DNA of 64,000 nucleotides from a virus (Duplodnaviria; Caudoviricetes), in IMG/VR virus record IMGVR_UViG_3300028394_000078, positions 1,549-65,548 of that record. The stretch is one strand, 5' to 3'. The translations under genes were made by a program, and so were the position numbers. Every line of letters starts with the position of its first letter. Within the stretch, counting starts at the first letter, position 1. The notes under the pieces are model-generated. The model was given only the letters and a program-made list of their open reading frames with translations, had not been told where the DNA came from and ran no database searches. Shown piece by piece: positions 15,729 to 25,899 of this stretch.

Positions 15729-18401
15729 ATGTCATATGTTGATGCATGGTGGGATCGCGACAAAGATATTGTCAAGGTAGTTGAGCGCGATACAAAAAAG
15801 GGTAGAATTTATCAAGAATATCCTGCCAAATTTATCTTTTATTATCCTGACCCTAAGGGTAAGTACAAATCAATCTACGGTGAGAATCTAAGTAAAGTAT
15901 CTTGTAGAAATAACAAGGACTTTCAGAAAGAACTACGTATCCACGGAGAACGCAGGCTTTTTGAAAGTGATATTAAACCGGCTTTCCGATGTTTAGAAGA
16001 TCACTATCTTGGTATTGATGCACCAAAACTTCATGTAGCGTTTTTTGACATTGAGGTTGATTTTGATCCAGAACGTGGCTATAGCACTCCTGAAGATGCT
16101 TTTATGCCAATTACAAGTATTGCGGTTCATTTACAATGGATGGATACGTTAGTTTGTTTTGCTGTTCCACCTAAAACACTAACTATGGAACAAGCACAGG
16201 AACAAGTTAAAGATTTTCCTAATACTATATTGTTTGAAACAGAAGCAGAAATGTTGGATGCATTTTTAAATCTAATTGAAGATGCTGATATTTTAAGCGG
16301 TTGGAATAGTGAAGGTTTTGATATTCCTTACACTGTCAATCGTGTTACCAAAGTACTAAGTAAAGAAGATACTCGCAGATTTTGTTTGTGGGATCAATTT
16401 CCAAAGAAAAGAGAATATGAGAAATATGGGAAACAGGCTGTTACTTATGATCTTATTGGTCGCGTTCATCTGGACAGTCTCGAACTGTACAGGAAATATA
16501 CCTATGAAGAACGTCACACCTACAGACTTGATGCCATTGGAGAAATGGAGATAGGTGAAAGTAAAACTGTTTATGAAGGTACATTGGATCAACTATATAA
16601 TAATGACTTCCGAAAGTTTATTGAATACAATAGACAAGATACTGCACTACTCGATAAATTAGATAAGAAACTAAAATTTATTGATCTAGCAAATACTCTA
16701 GCACATGAATGTACTGTATTGTTACAGACCACAATGGGTGCGGTTGCCGTTACTGAACAAGCAATTGTTAATGAAGCACACCACCGAGGTCTAATAGTTC
16801 CAAGTCGTGCTAAACGTGATGAAACAGAAAACAATCAAGCAGCAGGTGCTTACGTAGCGTATCCTAAAAAAGGATTACATGACTATATAGGCAGTATGGA
16901 CATTAACAGTCTATATCCAAGTGTTATTCGAGCATTGAATATGGGTCCGGAAACTATTGTTGGACAAATACGTCAAACTAATACTGACGAATTTATTCAT
17001 GAACAAACAACGTTACATAAAAAATCCTTTGCTGCCGCATGGGAAGGTATGTTTGGTAGTTTAGAATACGAAGCAGTGATGCGTCAAGATCGTGCATTTG
17101 AACTTACCATAGATTGGGAAAATGGTGAAAAAGATATTGTAAGTGCAGCCGAGGCTTATAGATTAATTTACGAAAGTAATAATCCATGGATGCTTAGTGC
17201 CAATGGTACAATCTTTACCTATGAACAAGAAGGCATTATTCCTGGCTTGCTGGCTCGCTGGTATAGTGAGCGTAAGGATATGCAAAAGAAACTTAAAGTG
17301 GCTATGGATGCCGGCAATAAGATTGAAGAAGAATATTGGGACAAACGTCAGTTGGTCAAGAAGATTAACCTAAACAGTTTGTATGGTGCTATTCTAAATC
17401 CCGGCTGTAGATTCTTTGACAAGCGCATCGGACAAAGTACTACACTAACTGGTCGTGCTATTGCTCGTCATATGGCCGGTAAGGTCAATGAAGTTATCAC
17501 AGGTGAGTTTGATCACGTCGGTAAAAGTATTATTTACGGTGACACAGACTCATGTTATTTCTCTGCTTACAATACATTAAAAATTGATATCCAAAAGAAA
17601 CTTGTTCCTTGGGATAAAGATATTGCTATCCAATTATATGACACAATTGCAGATAATGTTAATGATACATTTCCACAGTTCATGTTAGATGCTTTTCACT
17701 GTCCAAAGAGTCGTGGTGAAGTTATTAAAGCAGGACGTGAAATTGTTGCAATTAAGGGCCTGTTCATTACTAAGAAGCGTTATGCTGTATTGTACTATGA
17801 TAAGGATGGCAAGAGATATGATAGCGAAACTAAACCTGGCAAGATCAAAGCCATGGGTTTAGATTTGAAGCGCAGTGATACTCCGGAATTCATGCAGAAG
17901 TTTCTTGAGGAAGTTCTTACCAAAGTTCTAAATGGTAGTCAAGAAGAAGAAATTTTAGAAATGATTTCAGAATTTAGAACTGAGTTTAAATCAAGGCCCG
18001 GGTGGGAAAAAGGTAGTCCTAAACGTGCAAACAACATTGCCGAATATCAAGAAAAAGAAAAAAAGGCTGGGAAGGCTAATATGCCAGGACATGTACGGGC
18101 AAGCATCAATTGGAATACTCTTAAACGTATGAACGGTGACAAATATAGTGCCAACATTGTTGATGGTATGAAAGTTATTGTTTGCAAGGTAAAATCTAAT
18201 CCGTTAGGATATACAAGTATTGCGTATCCAGTTGATGAACTTAGACTGCCTAAATGGTTCCAGGACTTGCCATTTGATCATGCTGAAATGGAAGCAACTA
18301 TTATCAATAATAAACTTGATAATCTTATTGGAGTTCTAGAGTGGGATCTAGAATCAACAACCGAAACAAACACATTTAATTCTTTATTCAGTTTTGATTA
18401 A
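15729..18401 (+). CDS. family B DNA polymerase (gp43-like)
   Basis: ExoI FFDIEV, DINSLYPS, KKINLNSLYG, YGDTDS and KKRY motifs. Confidence 0.97.
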   Translation: MSYVDAWWDRDKDIVKVVERDTKKGRIYQEYPAKFIFYYPDPKGKYKSIYGENLSKVSCRNNKDFQKELRIHGERRLFESDIKPAFRCLEDHYLGIDAPKLHVAFFDIEVDFDPERGYSTPEDAFMPITSIAVHLQWMDTLVCFAVPPKTLTMEQAQEQVKDFPNTILFETEAEMLDAFLNLIEDADILSGWNSEGFDIPYTVNRVTKVLSKEDTRRFCLWDQFPKKREYEKYGKQAVTYDLIGRVHLDSLELYRKYTYEERHTYRLDAIGEMEIGESKTVYEGTLDQLYNNDFRKFIEYNRQDTALLDKLDKKLKFIDLANTLAHECTVLLQTTMGAVAVTEQAIVNEAHHRGLIVPSRAKRDETENNQAAGAYVAYPKKGLHDYIGSMDINSLYPSVIRALNMGPETIVGQIRQTNTDEFIHEQTTLHKKSFAAAWEGMFGSLEYEAVMRQDRAFELTIDWENGEKDIVSAAEAYRLIYESNNPWMLSANGTIFTYEQEGIIPGLLARWYSERKDMQKKLKVAMDAGNKIEEEYWDKRQLVKKINLNSLYGAILNPGCRFFDKRIGQSTTLTGRAIARHMAGKVNEVITGEFDHVGKSIIYGDTDSCYFSAYNTLKIDIQKKLVPWDKDIAIQLYDTIADNVNDTFPQFMLDAFHCPKSRGEVIKAGREIVAIKGLFITKKRYAVLYYDKDGKRYDSETKPGKIKAMGLDLKRSDTPEFMQKFLEEVLTKVLNGSQEEEILEMISEFRTEFKSRPGWEKGSPKRANNIAEYQEKEKKAGKANMPGHVRASINWNTLKRMNGDKYSANIVDGMKVIVCKVKSNPLGYTSIAYPVDELRLPKWFQDLPFDHAEMEATIINNKLDNLIGVLEWDLESTTETNTFNSLFSFD

Positions 18402-18409
18402 AATATTAC

Positions 18410-18438
18410 TTGACTTTCTCCCTAAATCTAAATAAACT
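18410..18438 (+). promoter_or_regulatory. sigma70-type promoter
   Basis: TTGACT-17-TAAACT. Confidence 0.6.
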
Positions 18439-18456
18439 AACTAAAAGGAAATTATT

Positions 18457-19191
18457 ATGAAATCTATTCTTCAAGACATCGTTGCACATACTAACAAATT
18501 AGGCTTTCTTAACATTGTTAAAATTACAGGCACTGATCAAAAAACACTAATTGACTCTATGGCAGATGACCGTACAGTTATTATGTATGCCGAGACTGCT
18601 AATCCATATCCAGACATGATTGGTACATATGGTATGCCACAACTTGAAAAACTACGCTATCTATTAGATGGTAAAGAATATCAAGAAGATGCTAAAATTG
18701 AAGTAGTTACTGCTGAACGTAATGGCGAAACTATTCCAGTTGGTCTTCACTTTGAAAACAAAGACGGAGATTTTAAGAATGACTATCGATTTATGAATCA
18801 AGACATTATTAATGAGAAATTAAAAACTGTCAAGTTTCGTGGAGTCAAGTGGGATGTTGAAGTTGAGCCAACACTTGCTTCTGTTCAACGTTTTCAATTC
18901 CAAGCAGGTGCTAATACAGAACATACAACGTTCTTGGCAAAAACAGAAGGCGACAAATTAACATTTACATTCGGCGATGTTAGCAGTCATGGTGGTGAAT
19001 TTGTATTTGCCACAGGTGTTGTTGGAAAGATTACTAAAGCATGGACATGGCCTGTAACCAGTGTATTGAGTATTTTAAAAGTTGCAGATGCTAACAACAC
19101 TAAAATTAGTTTTAGTAATGAAGGTGCTATGCAAATCACGTTAGACAGCGGCTTGGCTACTTACAAATATATCATTCCAGCAAACGCATGA
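18457..19191 (+). CDS. putative sliding clamp (gp45/PCNA-like fold)
   Basis: 244 aa, two-domain alpha/beta pattern ending GLATYKYIIP, adjacent to polB; inference. Confidence 0.5.
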   Translation: MKSILQDIVAHTNKLGFLNIVKITGTDQKTLIDSMADDRTVIMYAETANPYPDMIGTYGMPQLEKLRYLLDGKEYQEDAKIEVVTAERNGETIPVGLHFENKDGDFKNDYRFMNQDIINEKLKTVKFRGVKWDVEVEPTLASVQRFQFQAGANTEHTTFLAKTEGDKLTFTFGDVSSHGGEFVFATGVVGKITKAWTWPVTSVLSILKVADANNTKISFSNEGAMQITLDSGLATYKYIIPANA

Positions 19192-19595
19192 TAAAAGGTC
19201 TATCTGGCGGTGTAGGTGTTAAGGTATCAGGTGGTGACACGTCTGTACCTTATATTACTATGAATGATGTAAATCCTATGCAGGGAATGATTCGTATATG
19301 GGGTTCAGAGATACAAGTGTTTGATGATGCTAGCAAGCAATTCATGGGAACTGCTGGCTGGAGGACATTATCTACCAGTTATGCAACTGTTACATTAGAC
19401 AAATATACTTTAGAATTATTAGATTGGGCAAGGAAGAAACAGATGGAAGAAGAAGTTCTTTTATCATTGCCCAACGATAATCCTGCTGTTAAAATTGCTA
19501 GAGAAAATATAAATCGTGCTAAAAAAGAACTTGCCCGCGCAGAAGAACAATTAAAAATAACAGAGATATTAAGTCAAGAACATGAAACAAGTTAA
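19188..19595 (+). CDS. hypothetical protein with C-terminal coiled coil
   Basis: ORF coupled to the upstream gene via ATGA. Confidence 0.7.
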   Translation: MIKGLSGGVGVKVSGGDTSVPYITMNDVNPMQGMIRIWGSEIQVFDDASKQFMGTAGWRTLSTSYATVTLDKYTLELLDWARKKQMEEEVLLSLPNDNPAVKIARENINRAKKELARAEEQLKITEILSQEHETS

Positions 19596-21123
19596 TTTAA
19601 CACCACTACAAAAAGACTATGCAGTTTATTTGCCGGCAATTAGTAGTTTTTATAGTACATACATTGCCAAACAAAGACTAGAAAAATTTATACCAGATGA
19701 TCGTATTCCTAAAGGATTTGATCGTGGTATTGAAGGTATGAATTTTTTAAATCCGGAGCAAGGGTACTTTACGTACAAATATGGTTTGTATTCAGCAGGT
19801 CATGCACAATTGGATCTTAATAAAAGTGTTATTCAAGAATCAATGATACAACAACGTGATCGAAATAACACCATGATCTTAGGTGACTCGGGCGGATACC
19901 AAATTGGTAAGGGTGTTCTTAAATTTGATTGGTTAGACTTTGAAGGGCCTGCCGCAACTAAAACTCGAAAACAAATTTTAGACTGGCTTGAACTAACTGC
20001 TGATTGGTCAATGATGTTAGACGTTCCTACTTGGGCTTGTGATCACATTCATAGTCCTAAGACAGGGTTGAAAACATTCGATGATTGTTTAGATAAAACA
20101 AAATATAACAACAAGTTCTTTTTAGATAATAGACAAGGACTTACAAAGTTTTTAAATGTTCTCCAAGGCAACGATTGGGATACTGCTGAGAAGTGGTATA
20201 ATGGAGTAAAAGAATTTAGCGATCCAGCAGTTTGGGGCGATAAGGCCGCAGAAGGTTGGGCCATGGGTGGCGCTAATATGTGCAAGATGGATATTACCCT
20301 AAAGCGACTAATGACTCTTAGAGACGAAGGTTTGCTTAATGGTAAAGACTGGATGCACTTCCTGGGCACAGCACAATTAGATTGGGCTGTATATTTGACT
20401 TCAATACAACGACAAATCAGAAAACATATCAATGAAAACTTTACCGTATCTTTTGACTGCGCCTCACCGTTTATCGCAACAGCGCACGGACTTGTCTATA
20501 CCAACGCACAACACACAACAAAAAGGTGGAGTGTTATTATGGACAAAGCCCCAGACAACAAAGCACTTGCAGAATCAGACATACCATTCCCATTCGAAAG
20601 TGAATTTGGTCGTAGATTAACAATGGGTGATATTTGTCACTATGCTCCTGGCATGTTGAACAAAATTAAAAAAGAAGGTAAAACATCGTGGGATAGTTTT
20701 GCTTATGCTCTTATGATGGGTCATAATGTTGAATGCCACATTGTTGCTGTACAACGTGCAAATCAATTAGCAGACATTGAGAAAACTAGATTTAAACCAG
20801 ACTGGAGACATTGGAATAAACTTAGTTCTAAAGATATTGCAGGTGATCAATATAGCGATTGGGTTCCACGTAATATTTTGTACTTTGATCGATTCGTTGA
20901 AGAATTGTTTAATACTAAGTCAAAAACAGAAGCATTTGAAATGATCGAAGAAGGATTAAATTTCTTAAGAAGTCTTGAAGGTTCTAGAATGCAAGGTGGT
21001 CCTGCTCAAAATACATTTAACAATTTATTTGAAATTGAAAATATTACGACTTCATTAGAAGTAGATACAGAAGATGTTGAAGATCCAAAGTATAGAGCAC
21101 TTGAAAACAGATTGGCTGAATAA
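19582..21123 (+). CDS. TGT-fold base-exchange transglycosylase (DpdA-like)
   Basis: GDSGGYQ, MLDVP, VLQG, WAMGG, HFLG and SFD motifs in TGT order; next to queD/queE-like genes. Confidence 0.75.
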   Translation: MKQVNLTPLQKDYAVYLPAISSFYSTYIAKQRLEKFIPDDRIPKGFDRGIEGMNFLNPEQGYFTYKYGLYSAGHAQLDLNKSVIQESMIQQRDRNNTMILGDSGGYQIGKGVLKFDWLDFEGPAATKTRKQILDWLELTADWSMMLDVPTWACDHIHSPKTGLKTFDDCLDKTKYNNKFFLDNRQGLTKFLNVLQGNDWDTAEKWYNGVKEFSDPAVWGDKAAEGWAMGGANMCKMDITLKRLMTLRDEGLLNGKDWMHFLGTAQLDWAVYLTSIQRQIRKHINENFTVSFDCASPFIATAHGLVYTNAQHTTKRWSVIMDKAPDNKALAESDIPFPFESEFGRRLTMGDICHYAPGMLNKIKKEGKTSWDSFAYALMMGHNVECHIVAVQRANQLADIEKTRFKPDWRHWNKLSSKDIAGDQYSDWVPRNILYFDRFVEELFNTKSKTEAFEMIEEGLNFLRSLEGSRMQGGPAQNTFNNLFEIENITTSLEVDTEDVEDPKYRALENRLAE

Positions 21124-21127
21124 GCTA

Positions 21128-21156
21128 TTGCATTTGACTAATAATTCTGCTATACT
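21128..21156 (+). promoter_or_regulatory. sigma70-type promoter, extended -10
   Basis: TTGCAT-17-(TGc)TATACT, 6 nt before ATG. Confidence 0.65.
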
Positions 21157-21162
21157 AATATT

Positions 21163-21681
21163 ATGAAACGTGATTATAAAACCGGTGAAACAGATAATGT
21201 TGAATTCTTTACAGGAGTAGAGGTTGAACATACTCCTGCATTTGGAATGCAAACATTATTTGTTACAGGAATCCAATCTTTTGAAGATATTGCTAAAAAC
21301 TTAAATGGTGCAAGGCACATATTCTTTGGTGCTAATCATAGTTTTAATCCTACAAATTATGACGAGTGGAGAAGTTGGGACTCAATGATTCATTTCTTTT
21401 TAGAACTAGAATACTTATGTAGTCTTGATATTCCAATTAATCTAGCAGAAGAATTTCTAGAAAGCGGTTTGAATGAGAAAGATAATTTTATTCCACAGAT
21501 TAGAATTCCACTTCCTTATATTAAATTGTGGAATTACAACACAATGATTAAAATTGATGATAAAGATTTTAAAGCAACTAATCCCGGTGTATGGTCTCAC
21601 AGTCTGCATACACTTATGGATCGTAGTAAATTCACAGACTGGAATCAATATAAAAACGACGAGGTAATTAAATTTAAATGA
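21163..21681 (+). CDS. hypothetical protein in the modification locus
   Basis: ORF with HIFFGANHS and KIDDKDF..TNPGVW. Confidence 0.75.
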   Translation: MKRDYKTGETDNVEFFTGVEVEHTPAFGMQTLFVTGIQSFEDIAKNLNGARHIFFGANHSFNPTNYDEWRSWDSMIHFFLELEYLCSLDIPINLAEEFLESGLNEKDNFIPQIRIPLPYIKLWNYNTMIKIDDKDFKATNPGVWSHSLHTLMDRSKFTDWNQYKNDEVIKFK

Positions 21682-21860
21682 TTAACGCAAAACTAACTAA
21701 ACAAGCAAAACAAGAAACTACAGAAGAACGTCTATTCAAATTGCTTGAAAGCATGGATTGGAAACTTTGGGAAATGATGAATATGATGAAAGATAATCTT
21801 CCTGAAAAAACTAAGACTACTAAACCTGTAAAAACTGTAACTAAGAAAACAGCAGAATGA
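21678..21860 (+). CDS. small hypothetical protein
   Basis: ATGA-coupled on both sides. Confidence 0.65.
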   Translation: MINAKLTKQAKQETTEERLFKLLESMDWKLWEMMNMMKDNLPEKTKTTKPVKTVTKKTAE

Positions 21861-22240
21861 ACGACTTATCACTTATCTGGGTCACCTTCCGCAAAGAAGG
21901 TATCCACATGTATCCCGCAGCCGCAACTGATCCTAAGTTGGCCACAGGCGACGAATATGATGTAAGTTTCCTTGGAACTCCACATCGACATATTTTTCAT
22001 TTTAAAGTTTCTATTGAGGTCTTCCAAGATGACCGCGATATTGAATTTATCCAGTTTAAGCGTTGGCTTGAGAAGTGCTACAGTGATGGTACTCTTGAAC
22101 TCAACCACAAATCTTGTGAAATGATTGCTCGTGAACTTAACACGACAATCACTGCAAGGTGGCCTGGTCGTAAGACCATCATTGACGTAAGTGAAGATGG
22201 CGAGAATGGCGCTACACTTACTTTTTTTAATCAACCCTAA
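21857..22240 (+). CDS. queD: QueD/PTPS-like T-fold protein
   Basis: His motifs (GIH, HRHIFHF), SCEMIA and VSEDGENGA. Confidence 0.65.
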   Translation: MNDLSLIWVTFRKEGIHMYPAAATDPKLATGDEYDVSFLGTPHRHIFHFKVSIEVFQDDRDIEFIQFKRWLEKCYSDGTLELNHKSCEMIARELNTTITARWPGRKTIIDVSEDGENGATLTFFNQP

Positions 22241-22258
22241 TATTAGGAAAAAACTTAA

Positions 22259-22495
22259 ATGGCGCAACCCGCTTATATTCAAAAAACTCTTAAAATGAAA
22301 CCCGAGGTATCTAAGATCTTTGATGATCTCGATGCTTGGTTAGATCATTGCAGATTTAATCTTCTTCCATTCAACGAAAGCGATTTATATCGCAGTCAAG
22401 AATACCGTAACTTCCAACGTTGGAGTAACGGTGGAGAACGTCGATCACGCACAGAGTACAAGGGTAATAATCCTCGTCCATACAATCAACGTTAA
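22259..22495 (+). CDS. hypothetical protein
   Basis: ORF with AGGA SD. Confidence 0.7.
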   Translation: MAQPAYIQKTLKMKPEVSKIFDDLDAWLDHCRFNLLPFNESDLYRSQEYRNFQRWSNGGERRSRTEYKGNNPRPYNQR

Positions 22496-22496
22496 T

Positions 22497-23567
22497 ATGA
22501 TTTATGTAGTCGATATTGAAGCAGTTTCGACAAGGTACACGGGACAATGGCAGTCTCATGTACCTAATCTCTTACGAAAGGCAGGACACAATGTTCAAAT
22601 TATTGCTGGACCTACTGATATCCCTGCTGCTACTACCCCTGGTGCTTTTCTTAATTTTGGTGGAACTAATATCTACAAGGCTAAGCAAGTTGAAACCTTG
22701 GGTAGGTTATTTTGCAACGGAGCCGTTCATGCAGGTGATCATTTTGTATTTACTGATGCTTGGCACCCTGGTGTCATCAATCTCAAGTACATGGCCGGGC
22801 TTCTCGGCATTCCTGTAACTATACACGGATTATGGCATGCCGGTAGTTATGACCCTCAAGACTTTTTAGGTCGTCTTATCGGCGATGCAAAGTGGGTACG
22901 ACATGCTGAAGAAAGTTTCTTTCACGCTATTGATCATAACTATTTTGCCACTGACTTTCACATTAATCTGTTTGCTAAAACATTTAGCGAAACAGTTGAT
23001 AACGAATGGAAGATGACCATGATCGAACAAGGAAAAATTGTTCGCACAGGTTGGCCCATGGAGTATATGGATAATACTTTAAACTTGTACAAGGGCATGA
23101 AGAAGCGTGATCTAATTTTGTTTCCGCATCGCATTGCACCTGAGAAGCAAGTTGAAATATTTCGTGACTTAAAAGAACAGTTGCCACAATATGAATTTGT
23201 TGTTTGTCAAGAACAGGAACTAACAAAGAATGAATATCATAATTTGTTAGGTGAAGCAAAAATGGTGTTTAGTGCCAATCTACAAGAAACATTGGGCATT
23301 AGTTGTTATGAAGGCGCATTAGTAGGTGCTATTCCATTAGTTCCTGATCGTTTAAGTTATACTGAGATGTATTATGACCTATTTAAATATCCTAGCGAAT
23401 GGACTGAAAATTTTGAAGCATATAAGAGTCATAGACCCAATCTATGTTTCGCTATTCATCAGCATATGGATCACTATGAGACACGCCTTCCTAAATTACT
23501 AGCACAGACTAGAGACTTAACTGATAATTTTTTTAGTGCAACTAAACTATTGGAAAATTTTAAATGA
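22497..23567 (+). CDS. GT-B glycosyltransferase
   Basis: HRIAPEK and ETLGISCYEG (Ex7E) signature; start moved to ATG 22497. Confidence 0.85.
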   Translation: MIYVVDIEAVSTRYTGQWQSHVPNLLRKAGHNVQIIAGPTDIPAATTPGAFLNFGGTNIYKAKQVETLGRLFCNGAVHAGDHFVFTDAWHPGVINLKYMAGLLGIPVTIHGLWHAGSYDPQDFLGRLIGDAKWVRHAEESFFHAIDHNYFATDFHINLFAKTFSETVDNEWKMTMIEQGKIVRTGWPMEYMDNTLNLYKGMKKRDLILFPHRIAPEKQVEIFRDLKEQLPQYEFVVCQEQELTKNEYHNLLGEAKMVFSANLQETLGISCYEGALVGAIPLVPDRLSYTEMYYDLFKYPSEWTENFEAYKSHRPNLCFAIHQHMDHYETRLPKLLAQTRDLTDNFFSATKLLENFK

Positions 23568-24064
23568 ATTGGTTTTTAAATACACTTGATCAACTCGGTC
23601 GTAAACGTATTGTTATGGATCGTCAGAGTGATGAACCATATTTAGAACGATATTATATTTTTTTAAAAGAAAGAAAAAAATTTCCGTTCAATGTATTTCT
23701 TCATAAGTTTCTTAAATCAGATCCAGATGATGTTCATGATCATCCGTGGCCCTATGCTACCTTAATATTACGCGGTGGTTATTGGGAATGGATTCCTCAT
23801 TTCAATGAAAAGGGTGAAAAAATATATGAAACTGCTAAATGGCGGGGTCCTGGACATTTTCGTATTTGTAAGGCAACGTCCTATCATCGCATAGAAATAA
23901 ATCCAAATGTTACAACATGGACATTGTTTATGCCTGGGAAGCAGCAAAAAGAATGGGGTTTTTTAAAGAATAATAAATGGGTTCATAACGATGAGTATAT
24001 TTCTCAACAAACAGAAATCAAATCTATAAAAAAATCTAGTCTACACAGAAAATTTTGTAATTAA
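23564..24064 (+). CDS. cupin-fold protein
   Basis: HDHPW...ILRGGYWE...YHRI. Confidence 0.75.
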   Translation: MNWFLNTLDQLGRKRIVMDRQSDEPYLERYYIFLKERKKFPFNVFLHKFLKSDPDDVHDHPWPYATLILRGGYWEWIPHFNEKGEKIYETAKWRGPGHFRICKATSYHRIEINPNVTTWTLFMPGKQQKEWGFLKNNKWVHNDEYISQQTEIKSIKKSSLHRKFCN

Positions 24065-24976
24065 TTGATCAGTTGGAGATAAACAGTTATTCATTTTACA
24101 TACACTAGGTGTTTTTGGTAATTCAAATTCTTTGTCCCATATATTTCCTAAATGTAAATTGTTACATGTACTACCACTAGTCCATCCCAAATGAGATATA
24201 TTTAAAGTTTCAATTCCTATATTGCAAGCCATTCCTGTGAAACTAGGACTTTGTAAGATTCGTTCTTCAAATCTTTCTTTAAGTGTAGTTTCTTTAAAAT
24301 GATTTTGTTCAACTACTAAGGGAATAACTATTTTTTCTTTTTCAGGTATATGTTCTTTTTCAGATGTATGCTCTTTTTCAGGTATATATTCTATGTATTC
24401 AATCCCTGACATAATTGCTAGTTGTTTAGATTTATATTCATACATAAATCCAGCATTTTTATCAGCACCGTGATATAGTACAGATTTATTAACTGTTAAA
24501 TTATAATTATTTTCAATTTTTTTTGCTCTGTTTATATCTTCTTCAAAAAAATTAGGACGAATAGGTACAGTTACATTTACAATTTTACTTTTATTATGAA
24601 ACGAATCTAATATAAATTTAATCAATGGTTCTTTTTGCCAATAATGATAAGTGAGATTAAGAACGTCAATATGCGGTTCAATAGCCCACCAATCAAGCCA
24701 CATTTTACCGCCATTAGAATTTAATTTAATATTTCCACTATTTTCCTTACATAGTTTTAATATCATAGGAAAATCAAACATATCTAATGGCTCACCTCCG
24801 TTAAATTCCCAATCAATATTTCTACCCAATGATGAATAATGAGATATTATTTTGTTTGTAATTTCTAAATATTCCGATATATGACGAGGTTCTTCGCCTC
24901 CCCAATATGTAGAAGGACAATATGTACATTGTGCTGTACAATGATTATGTAAATTCCAGTATATTTTTGTTCTCAT
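24041..24976 (-). CDS. radical SAM enzyme with C-terminal SPASM/twitch-like Cys cluster
   Basis: CTAQCTYC, GGEP and C..G...C...GN...C...C; start at ATG 24976 preferred. Confidence 0.85.
   Translation of the reverse strand: MRTKIYWNLHNHCTAQCTYCPSTYWGGEEPRHISEYLEITNKIISHYSSLGRNIDWEFNGGEPLDMFDFPMILKLCKENSGNIKLNSNGGKMWLDWWAIEPHIDVLNLTYHYWQKEPLIKFILDSFHNKSKIVNVTVPIRPNFFEEDINRAKKIENNYNLTVNKSVLYHGADKNAGFMYEYKSKQLAIMSGIEYIEYIPEKEHTSEKEHIPEKEKIVIPLVVEQNHFKETTLKERFEERILQSPSFTGMACNIGIETLNISHLGWTSGSTCNNLHLGNIWDKEFELPKTPSVCKMNNCLSPTDQLITKFSV
24336..24389. repeat. 3 x 18-bp in-frame tandem repeat (PEKEHT/SEKEHI/PEKEKI)
   Basis: TCTTTTTCAGGTATATGT-like units. Confidence 0.85.
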
Positions 24977-24992
24977 ATTTTGTTCAATAGTG

Positions 24993-25020
24993 TTGACTTT
25001 TTTAAATAAAAGTATATAAT
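24993..25020 (+). promoter_or_regulatory. sigma70-type promoter for queE
   Basis: TTGACT-16-TATAAT. Confidence 0.6.
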
Positions 25021-25038
25021 TACTTATCAAGGAATAAT

Positions 25039-25899
25039 ATGAGCAAAATTAAGATCGCAGAATTATTTTACAGCATTCAAGGAGAAGGCCGATATATGGG
25101 GGTGCCCAGTGTGTTCTTACGCACATTTGGATGTAACTTTAAATGTGCAGGATTTGGCATGCCACGCGGTGAACTAAGCACAGAAGTAGAAGACATTGCA
25201 CAAGTAGTTCATTTGTATAACGATTACAAACAACTTCCATTAGTAAGCACAGGTTGTGATAGTTATGCCAGTTGGGATCCGCGTTTTAAAGATCTAAGTC
25301 CAATGCTAACTACAGATGCCATTGTAGAACGCATTATGGAAATACTTCCACATGGAGAATGGCGTGACGAGCATTTGGTTATTACAGGCGGAGAGCCATT
25401 GTTAGGTTGGCAGAAGCAGTATCCAGACTTGTTGAAGCATCCTAAAATGGCAGGTCTTAAAGAAATTACTTTTGAGACAAATGGCACAATGAAATTAACT
25501 ACAGAATTCAAACAATATTTGCATACATGGAAATACCATTCTGATGATATTGACTTCTATAGAGACGTTACATTCAGTGTAAGTGCTAAATTGCCTTGCA
25601 GTGGTGAGCCGTGGTTGGATGCTATCAAACCTGAACGTGTATTTGAGTATGAAGAGTATGGTACAGCATACTTGAAGTTTGTTATTGCCACAGAAGAAGA
25701 CTTTGCGGATGCTGAACGTGCCATTGCTGAATATCGTTCAGCAGGATTTACAGGATATGTTTATCTAATGCCAGTAGGCGGTGTAGAAAGTGTCTATGCA
25801 ATGAACAATCGTAATGTAGCATTGTTAGCAATGAAGCATGGATTACGTTACAGCGATAGACTACAAGTGCCGTTGTTTAAAAATGAATGGGGTACTTAA
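25039..25899 (+). CDS. queE: 7-carboxy-7-deazaguanine synthase QueE (radical SAM)
   Basis: ELFYSIQGEG, VFLRTFGCN, GCDS, ITGGEP, ETNGT and RLQV. Confidence 0.9.
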   Translation: MSKIKIAELFYSIQGEGRYMGVPSVFLRTFGCNFKCAGFGMPRGELSTEVEDIAQVVHLYNDYKQLPLVSTGCDSYASWDPRFKDLSPMLTTDAIVERIMEILPHGEWRDEHLVITGGEPLLGWQKQYPDLLKHPKMAGLKEITFETNGTMKLTTEFKQYLHTWKYHSDDIDFYRDVTFSVSAKLPCSGEPWLDAIKPERVFEYEEYGTAYLKFVIATEEDFADAERAIAEYRSAGFTGYVYLMPVGGVESVYAMNNRNVALLAMKHGLRYSDRLQVPLFKNEWGT

